Source: Dehalococcoidia bacterium (lineage in GTDB: Bacteria; Chloroflexota; Dehalococcoidia; SM23-28-2; RBG-16-64-32). Taken from it: DNA of 64,000 nt. A program made the position numbers and the translations under genes. A model generated the notes under the pieces. The model saw nothing but the letters and a program-made list of their open reading frames with translations. It ran no database searches and had not been told where the DNA came from. This document shows positions 57,643-64,000 of this stretch, piece by piece (the first letter of the stretch is position 1; each line of letters begins with the position of its first letter). The stretch is from positions 3,447 to 67,446 of the forward strand of contig JBBEAZ010000030.1 in the NCBI GenBank assembly GCA_040882565.1, in the 5' to 3' direction.

Positions 57643-57855
57643 ATGAGAAAAGACATTCTGGACATCCTCGCCTGCCCAATGGACAAGAGTCCGCTCGAGC
57701 TAACCGTCGACGAAGCGAACGGCGACGAGGTGATCCAGGGCTCGCTCACCTGCACGAAGTGTGGGGAGAAGTACCCGATCGAGGACCGCATTCCAAACCT
57801 GCTGCCGCCCGAGATGCGGGCCGACGCCCGCCCGTCTGGGCGCAAGTCGGCGTAG
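57643..57855 (+). CDS. Trm112 family protein
   Basis: LDILACP...LTCTKCGEKYPIEDRIPNLL. Confidence 0.88.
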   Translation: MRKDILDILACPMDKSPLELTVDEANGDEVIQGSLTCTKCGEKYPIEDRIPNLLPPEMRADARPSGRKSA

Positions 57856-57857
57856 CG

Positions 57858-58088
57858 ATGGAAAGCTCGCAGCGCACCGGTTTGATCATCATGCTCGTTG
57901 CGGCGTTTCAGTTCGTGATCTTTTTCTGGGCGATGACGCGCAAGAGTTACATGGCCCTGGCACTGCCGGTTGGCAGCGCGCTGGCCGCCGTCTCGGCGCT
58001 GGCGTTTTGGATCGGCTGGACGATGTTCACCGGCGAGGACGAAGAGCTCGAAGAAATGAGCGAGCCCGCGTCCACAGACGCCGAGTAG
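57858..58088 (+). CDS. Small 2-TM membrane protein
   Basis: Two hydrophobic helices, acidic tail. Confidence 0.65.
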   Translation: MESSQRTGLIIMLVAAFQFVIFFWAMTRKSYMALALPVGSALAAVSALAFWIGWTMFTGEDEELEEMSEPASTDAE

Positions 58089-58092
58089 AGCG

Positions 58093-58629
58093 CTAGAGGC
58101 GGACGCGGCCCGGTTCGTGCCCGGCAACGCCGTCCCACCCTCTGTCCCTGATCCGGCGGACGCCCTCGTTGCCCGCTGCGTTCGCCAGCTCCTTGATCGT
58201 GCGGCCGAGGACGGGGTGTGTGACGCAGCCGGCGATATCTGCAAGGGGCACGAGAACGAAGGGGCGCTCTGCCATCCGTGGGTGGGGCAGGACGAGCGGG
58301 CCGTCGTCCAGCACCGTGTCCTCGTACAACAACAGGTCGAGATCAATCGGACGGGGCGCCCATTGTTCGGCGGCCGGGCGGCGGCCGATTTCGTGCTCCA
58401 GCGCCTGCAGGAAGCGGAGAAGCGGCAGCGGCTCGAGGCCAGTCTCGATGGAACAAGCAGCGTTGTAGTAGTTGGGCTGTTCGGCGTCATCGCTCGTGAC
58501 GGCGTCCGTCTCGTAGAGCGCGGAGGCGGTAAGCACACGCGCCATGCGGGTCATTCCCCTCAACGCCATGCGGAGGTTCGCCTCGCGGTTGCCGAGGTTG
58601 GCGCCTAGGGCGACGTACGCCTCAGCCAC
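58093..58629 (-). CDS. folK: HPPK
   Basis: ALGANLG, YYNAA, WAPRPIDLDLL, PHPRMAERPFV. Confidence 0.95.
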   Translation of the reverse strand: MAEAYVALGANLGNREANLRMALRGMTRMARVLTASALYETDAVTSDDAEQPNYYNAACSIETGLEPLPLLRFLQALEHEIGRRPAAEQWAPRPIDLDLLLYEDTVLDDGPLVLPHPRMAERPFVLVPLADIAGCVTHPVLGRTIKELANAAGNEGVRRIRDRGWDGVAGHEPGRVRL

Positions 58630-58650
58630 GGCGCGGCCACTCGGTTGCTG

Positions 58651-59502
58651 TCATTCGCTAGTCCAGCCGCGCGCGATGGCGTCTGCCATCCTGGCAACGC
58701 GCGCTATTTGCTTGACGTCGTGAACGCGGACGATGTCGGCACCGTTTGCGATGGCGCTGGCGACCGTGGCCGCGGTGCCCTCGAGGCGCTCTTCGACGGG
58801 CAGGCCACCGAGCACTGTGCCGATGGTCGACTTGCGTGAGGTGCCGACCAGGATGGGACGGCCGAGGATGCGCAGCTCGCCCAGGCGGCGGAGCATTTCG
58901 ACGGCCTGGCTGACCTCCCAGCCGAAGCTGAAGCCGGGATCCAGAATCACCTGGTCTTCGGCAAGCCCCTGTTCGCGGGCGATGCGCAGGCTTTCGAGCC
59001 AGCCTTCGACGATGTTGCCGATTGTGTCTTTGAACACGCGGCCGCGCTGGTTGTGCATCGCGACGGCGGGAACGCTTGCCTCCGCGGCGACGCGGGCGAT
59101 TTCGGGCTCGCGCTGGAAGCCGTGCACGTCGTTGACGAGCGATGCGCCGGCATGGATCGCGGCTTTCGCGACGCTCGCCTTGTACGTGTCGATGCTGATC
59201 GGTATGTCCAGCTCGCGTGCCAGGCGCTGGACGACCGGAATCGTGCGGCGCACCTCTTCCTCGGCGGCGACTTCCTCAAAGCCGGCGCGCGTGGACTCAC
59301 CACCGACGTCGATGATCTCCGCGCCGTCCTCACGCATTCGTACGGCCTGGCGAACGGCGGAGTCGACGTCCATAACGCCATCACCGGCGAAGGAGTCGGG
59401 CGTGACGTTGACGATGCCCATGACGTAGGTGCGCTCGCCCCAGGCGAATTCGCGCCCGCCGATTGTGATCGGAGTAGGGTGTCGCTGCGCGGCTGTCTGC
59501 AT
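58651..59502 (-). CDS. folP: Dihydropteroate synthase
   Basis: MGIVNVTPDSF, DVGGEST, LDPGF, GTSRKS, VRVHDV. Confidence 0.96.
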   Translation of the reverse strand: MQTAAQRHPTPITIGGREFAWGERTYVMGIVNVTPDSFAGDGVMDVDSAVRQAVRMREDGAEIIDVGGESTRAGFEEVAAEEEVRRTIPVVQRLARELDIPISIDTYKASVAKAAIHAGASLVNDVHGFQREPEIARVAAEASVPAVAMHNQRGRVFKDTIGNIVEGWLESLRIAREQGLAEDQVILDPGFSFGWEVSQAVEMLRRLGELRILGRPILVGTSRKSTIGTVLGGLPVEERLEGTAATVASAIANGADIVRVHDVKQIARVARMADAIARGWTSE

Positions 59503-59552
59503 GACAACCTAGCCTATAATGCAATCCCCCGACTGAAGCAAGGAGCGGCCCG

Positions 59553-60404
59553 ATGAGCAACTACCTCAACCCAGACATCCTGGCTGAGACGGACTGGCTA
59601 GCCGAGCACATCGGCGACTCAGACGTCGTGGTCGTTGATTGCGACGAATTCCCGGCCTATCTGCGACAGCACGTCGAAGGGGCGGTGGGGTTGAGGACGC
59701 ACCATTATCTGAAGGAAGAGGGCGATTCGGCGTCCGGGGCGGGGATCGGCGTGCGGCTAATGGATCCCGACCGCTTCGCGGAGACGATGTCGCGGCATGG
59801 CATCGGCAACGACAAACAGGTAGTGGCGTACGACAACATGGGCGGACTGTACGCGGCGCGGCTGTGGTGGGCTCTCGATTACTTCGGGCACGCAAAATGC
59901 AAGGTGCTGAACGGAGGCTTCCGCAAGTGGTTTGAAGAAGGGCGTTCGGTCTCGATGGAGATGCATCATGTCGAGCGCGCGGACTTCAAAGTTCAGGCTG
60001 TGCGTACGGACACTTGCGCCCTGACGGATGACGTCCGTGCGGCGATTGACGACCCGAATACTGTGATCTGGGATGTGCGTGCGCCTGGCGAATACACGGG
60101 CGAGGACCAGCGTGCGAACAAGCGCGGAGGCCACATCCCGAATGCGGTGAACATCGAGTGGTTGGACCTCACGGTCTCGCCGCCGGTGCGCTCGGGCCAG
60201 CTGCTGCCGGCGGAGGAGATCAAGCGCAAGCTGGAAGCGATCGGCGTAGTACCGGAGAAGCGAGTGATCACGCACTGCCAGGCGGGGATCCGCGCGGCGC
60301 AGGGTGTGTTTGTCCTGCGGCTGATGGGTTATCCCGACGCGCGGAATTATGACGCTTCGTGGGCCGAGTGGGGGAACCGCGACGACACGCCGATCGTGAA
60401 GTAG
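59553..60404 (+). CDS. Two-domain rhodanese/sulfurtransferase
   Basis: AARLWW, LNGG, GHIPNA, HCQAGIRA, YDASWAEW. Confidence 0.93.
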   Translation: MSNYLNPDILAETDWLAEHIGDSDVVVVDCDEFPAYLRQHVEGAVGLRTHHYLKEEGDSASGAGIGVRLMDPDRFAETMSRHGIGNDKQVVAYDNMGGLYAARLWWALDYFGHAKCKVLNGGFRKWFEEGRSVSMEMHHVERADFKVQAVRTDTCALTDDVRAAIDDPNTVIWDVRAPGEYTGEDQRANKRGGHIPNAVNIEWLDLTVSPPVRSGQLLPAEEIKRKLEAIGVVPEKRVITHCQAGIRAAQGVFVLRLMGYPDARNYDASWAEWGNRDDTPIVK

Positions 60405-60501
60405 GGCGACAGCGCGAGTTGGTTTGGCAAAATCGGGGGTGGTGGGGTGCCGAGAGGCGATTTCGAGAGGTGCCGAGAGCGTTGCGTTGGGGGTGTGCTC
60501 A

Positions 60502-60553
60502 CCTTCGTTGCGCCGAGGCCCTTCGTTCCTCAGGGAACGGATGCGGTTCCCTG
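60502..60553 (+). repeat. 37-bp dispersed repeat, copy 2, extended by a hairpin
   Basis: 34/37 identity with 6577-6613; CAGGGAAC...GTTCCCTG inverted repeat. Confidence 0.7.
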
Positions 60554-60657
60554 CCAGCGTCAGGTTGTCCACATCATTGTTGATGAACGCGTTTAGCGCT
60601 CTGGCTCGTGCCGGTACCATTCAAGCAACCGATTGGGCGTGTCGAAGGAGGGGTATC

Positions 60658-61389
60658 TTGGATCTGTCTCAACGTACCGTGAGCATCGTGGGAGTTGCCC
60701 TGATAGTGGGGGCGATACTGACTGTAATCAATATCGGTCTGACAGGCGCTGGGTCGTCCGATAAAAGCCCCTTCGAAAGGGACGAAGTCGAGGAGTACCT
60801 GACCGATATCAACGACAACGAAGGGCTAGTGCTCGCCGGAGCTGCGGTCGGGGTAGTGAATGACGGCGTCTTCGTTATCGTGGCCGCAGCGGCGTTCTTT
60901 ATCCTTTTCCGCGACCGCAGTCCGTTCCTGGCGACACTGTCGATGGTCGCGATCGCGGTGGCTGCATCGCTCTCGCTGGTGGTGGACATATCGAACGTAC
61001 TGCTGACGGGCATCGCTGCGGACTACGTGGAAGGCGGCGCCGGCGACATTCCCGCAGGCGACTCCTCGACACTGGAACTCGGCCGGTATGTGGGAATGAT
61101 TACGTTCGCGTTTGTGAATCTGCTCTTCACCGCGGTAGGGACTGGGTTCGTGGCGCTGGGCCTGATACTGGTTGGCGCGCCGCAGGGTCTAATCAACCCG
61201 CCGAAGTGGATCGGCTGGGTGGCGATCGTTGCCGGAATCTCGGCATGGCTGGCCTGGCTCGTTGTCGTTACCGATCCCGGCTTTGTGTTCTTCCCGATCC
61301 AGTTGCTCTCGACGCTGGTGTTGCTCATTTCGCTCGGTGTATGGCTGTTGCGCCACAGTGATCTGCAGCCAGCGCCGATGAAAGCCTGA
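60658..61389 (+). CDS. Multi-TM membrane protein (DUF4386-like)
   Basis: RBS AGGAGGG before TTG 60658; about six TM helices; PKWIGWVAIVAG. Confidence 0.7.
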   Translation: MDLSQRTVSIVGVALIVGAILTVINIGLTGAGSSDKSPFERDEVEEYLTDINDNEGLVLAGAAVGVVNDGVFVIVAAAAFFILFRDRSPFLATLSMVAIAVAASLSLVVDISNVLLTGIAADYVEGGAGDIPAGDSSTLELGRYVGMITFAFVNLLFTAVGTGFVALGLILVGAPQGLINPPKWIGWVAIVAGISAWLAWLVVVTDPGFVFFPIQLLSTLVLLISLGVWLLRHSDLQPAPMKA

Positions 61390-61425
61390 CGACCGTAGGC
61401 GAAGCCCGATAGCCGAGTCTCAACG

Positions 61426-62814
61426 CTAGAGAGGCGGGCGGCGAGTGTGCCACTCGGTTGCTTGCTCGTAGGCGTAGGCGGCGCGCAGGACCATCGCCTC
61501 ATCCCACCAGCGGCCGATTAGCTGGAGGCCGAGCGGGAGGTTGTCCGGTGAGAAGCCGCACGGTATCGAGATAGCAGGCGCGCCGAGGAGGTTGATGGGA
61601 TTGGTGAGGCGGATCAGGCTGGCGGTGGTGGACAGGTCGCTGCGCTCGATTGGATGAGCGGAGATGAGGGTCGCCGGTGTCGCGATGATGTCGAAGCGGC
61701 TGAAGACCTGCTCGCGCCAGGCTTCGACGAAGAGCTCGCGAAAGCGCAGCGATTGGATGTACTGCGAAGCGGGGTAGGTCGCGCCCATCTCGAAGCGGTA
61801 GCGGACGTCGTCGCCGTAGTCGTCGGGGCGCTCCTGGAGCCACCGTTGGTGGAAGGCGAACCCCTCCGGGAGCATGATCGCGCCGACGGCGCCCGGTGCT
61901 TCATCGATGAGGGGAGGCGAGAACTCGCCGATCTGCGCGCCGAGGCTTTCGAGCACACTGAGAGCGTCGCGGAAGGCTGACTCGACAGCGGGATCGAGAT
62001 CGTCGACGAAGAAGCGGTCCGGCACGCCGATGCGGAGGCCGCGGATGCCATCACGAAGGTTCGCTTGGTAGTCGGGCACCGGAACGCGGCTAGATCCCGG
62101 GTCGCCCGGATCGTAGCCAACGATCGCCTGGAGGACGATGGCTGCGTCCTGAACGCTGCGGGTGAGCGGGCCGGCGTGGTCGAGGGACCAGCTCAGCGGC
62201 AGGATATCGCGGCGGCTGACGCGGCCAAACGTGGGCTTGAGGCCGACGACACCGCAGAGCGAGGCCGGGATGCGGATGCTCCCGCCGGTGTCGGTGCCCA
62301 TCGCTGCGAAGCACTCGCCGGCGCCAACGGCCGCACCGGAGCCGGAGCTTGAGCCACCGGTGATGCGCTCGGTGTCCCAGGGATTGCGGGCTGGGCCGTA
62401 GTGAGGATTGATGCCGGTGGCGCCGAGGGCGAACTCGTGGAGGTTGAGCTTGCCGATGATGACGGCGCCCGCTGCATGGAGGCGCTCGGTGACCGCGGAG
62501 TCAGCGTCGGCGACGTGGTCGCGCATGATACGTGAGCCGGCGGTCATGGGGACGCCGGCGACGGCGAAGATGTCCTTGAGAGCAACCGGGACGCCGTGGA
62601 GTGGGCCACGGTGCTGGTCGCGGGCGATCTCTTCAGCGGCGACGCGGGCCTGGGCGAGCGCCGGCTCGTCAAGGACAGTGATGAAGGCATTGAGGCGCGG
62701 CTCCAGCGCGTGGATGCGGGCGAGGCAGGCCTCCACGAGGTCGACGGGAGACAGCTTGCAACGTTCGATAAGAGGCGCCGCTTCGGCGATCGTTAGCCAG
62801 TGGAGGTCAGTCAT
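61426..62814 (-). CDS. Amidase signature family protein
   Basis: LKD, GGSSSGS, GTDTGGSIRIPAS, GLKPTFG. Confidence 0.93.
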   Translation of the reverse strand: MTDLHWLTIAEAAPLIERCKLSPVDLVEACLARIHALEPRLNAFITVLDEPALAQARVAAEEIARDQHRGPLHGVPVALKDIFAVAGVPMTAGSRIMRDHVADADSAVTERLHAAGAVIIGKLNLHEFALGATGINPHYGPARNPWDTERITGGSSSGSGAAVGAGECFAAMGTDTGGSIRIPASLCGVVGLKPTFGRVSRRDILPLSWSLDHAGPLTRSVQDAAIVLQAIVGYDPGDPGSSRVPVPDYQANLRDGIRGLRIGVPDRFFVDDLDPAVESAFRDALSVLESLGAQIGEFSPPLIDEAPGAVGAIMLPEGFAFHQRWLQERPDDYGDDVRYRFEMGATYPASQYIQSLRFRELFVEAWREQVFSRFDIIATPATLISAHPIERSDLSTTASLIRLTNPINLLGAPAISIPCGFSPDNLPLGLQLIGRWWDEAMVLRAAYAYEQATEWHTRRPPL

Positions 62815-62998
62815 TGGGATCGGGCGGGTGGAATGTGTAGACGCCGTGGCCGCGGTAGTCGAGGGCGGCGAGTGCCACAGCGGCGGAGAGGGCTGCTTGG
62901 ACGGGCGCTTCGAGGCGGCGGACGCGATCATCCGGCACAGCGGTGACGCCTGCGCGTTCGAGGAGGGCGCGGACGTTGTTATGCATCTGTTGCGTCAT
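62807..62998 (-). CDS. Small GatC/AtzG-like protein upstream of the amidase
   Basis: 63 aa overlapping the amidase start, RBS GGGAG, C-terminal ...TFHP. Confidence 0.55.
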   Translation of the reverse strand: MTQQMHNNVRALLERAGVTAVPDDRVRRLEAPVQAALSAAVALAALDYRGHGVYTFHPPDPND

Positions 62999-63112
62999 AT
63001 CGCTTACTCCCAGGGTAGTAACAGGCACAATTTATCAGGGCGAGCGGCACGCTGCAGCGGTGCTGGCCTTCGCGAATAAGTGCATAAGTATAAGCGGTTA
63101 ACAGAATACTGC

Positions 63113-63142
63113 TTGACATTGGGCACTAACAGGCGCTAACTT
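63113..63142 (+). promoter_or_regulatory. Sigma70-like promoter
   Basis: TTGACA-N18-TAACTT in an AT-rich intergenic region. Confidence 0.55.
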
Positions 63143-63230
63143 GCGGTGAGAATGACGGAATGCGCACCTGTGCTTCCGGAATCATGTCTGAACCTATAGA
63201 ACGAACGGACGTCGGCCAAAGGAGTTATCT

Positions 63231-63698
63231 ATGAGCATGAACATCCAGGAGCAGTTCAACAAGATGGCTCTGGGGGAAAAGATCATCATCCCTTCGGGTA
63301 TCTTGATGTTGATCGCCAGTTTTCTGAAGTGGTACAGCGTGGACATCTCGTTCCTTGGTGAAGACCTCGGGAGCGTGAGCCGCAGCGGCTGGCAGTCCCC
63401 CGGCGCGATATGGTCTATCCTCGCGGTGCTGATCGGAGTGATCATGGCGGCGCTGGTGGCGGCCGTGCGCTTCGGTAACGTCAAGCTGCCGGAGCTGCCG
63501 CAGGGCGTAACCTGGGGCCGGCTGATGCTGGGCCTTGGCGCAGCGGCAGCGCTCTTCGTAATCATCAAGTTCCTGAATCACTCCGGCGACATTAGCTTCG
63601 GGTTCTTCCTCGGCTTCATCGCCGCTGCGGGACTGGTGGCGGGCGGGTTCCTGACGTTCCAGGAGGAGCAACAGGGCGGAGGCGCCGCAGCAATGTAA
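63231..63698 (+). CDS. 4-TM membrane protein
   Basis: RBS AAGGAG; FLKWY...SGW motif; four hydrophobic segments. Confidence 0.75.
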   Translation: MSMNIQEQFNKMALGEKIIIPSGILMLIASFLKWYSVDISFLGEDLGSVSRSGWQSPGAIWSILAVLIGVIMAALVAAVRFGNVKLPELPQGVTWGRLMLGLGAAAALFVIIKFLNHSGDISFGFFLGFIAAAGLVAGGFLTFQEEQQGGGAAAM

Positions 63699-63786
63699 CC
63701 CCTCTCCATCTGGAGAGACTTCTTTGGCACTGAGACCTGCCACTTCGCCTCGTGCGAGTGGCGGGTCATTTCTTAGGGGGCACAGA

Positions 63787-64000
63787 TGACCAGCGACGTG
63801 ATCCTCGACCGCATCCAGCGGATGCTCAAACTGGACCCGCGTGTGTTCGTTGAGGTGCGGGACGATCGGCAGTTCACCTCTGTGGCCGCGGCATTGGCGG
63901 TCGGCGCAGTATTGATCGCCGCGCTAGGGGCGTTCCTCTACGGCCAGACCGTCTTCGACTTCACCCCGGACAACTGGTTCGTCGAAACGGTGGTCCTCGG
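63787..64000 (+). CDS. Membrane protein, 5' part (Yip1-like), truncated by the window edge
   Basis: MTSDVILDRIQRMLKLDPRVFVEVRDD...AVLIAALGAFLY; RBS AGGGGG. Confidence 0.6.

Noticed and set aside
60424-60657. N-terminal extension of the 60424-61389 ORF
   Set aside because: It runs across repeat DNA; a strong RBS points to TTG 60658.
61426-62814. Amidase as gatA
   Set aside because: No adjacent gatB and the GatA-specific signature segments were not recognised.
1-64000. CRISPR arrays, tRNA/rRNA, IS elements, prophage
   Set aside because: No regularly spaced repeats, cloverleaf or rRNA signatures, transposase or phage genes recognised by eye.

Overview
High-GC bacterial chromosomal window. The gene content and motifs (GAAC-N4-GTTC LexA box, Tat-exported family-5 SBP, LuxR-TM-ectodomain protein, Cys-containing dockerin-like repeat) suggest Chloroflexota/Dehalococcoidia; this is inference. 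Most genes are housekeeping or cofactor genes: a thiamine cluster under a TPP riboswitch (cytX-thiG-tenI/thiE-thiS-thiO plus thiE, thiD, yjbQ), a B12 ABC importer and pduO-type adenosyltransferase under a cobalamin riboswitch, a peptide/nickel-type ABC system, lexA, leuB, cimA, purU/purH/purM/purF, pheA, a USP-trkA-trkA cluster, folK/folP, a rhodanese and an amidase. I saw no rRNA, tRNA, CRISPR array or transposase. Things the ORF track misses or that look unusual: (1) a peroxiredoxin-like gene with an in-frame UGA in a UxxC motif followed by a SECIS-like hairpin; (2) a c-di-AMP (ydaO-type) riboswitch controlling a single 70-aa zinc-ribbon protein; (3) two apparent pseudoenzymes within 6 kb, an ArsA/Get3d-like ATPase with a dead P-loop and a ferritin-like protein that has lost its di-iron ligands and carries a duplicated N-terminal module, next to an SCP2-like gene; (4) a GNAT/threonine-dehydratase fusion; (5) an orphan dockerin-like remnant; (6) a 39-aa membrane microprotein with its own promoter; (7) two single-base frameshifts; (8) a dispersed 37-bp REP-like repeat; (9) many apparently leaderless genes. 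All family calls are from motif recognition, not database searches.
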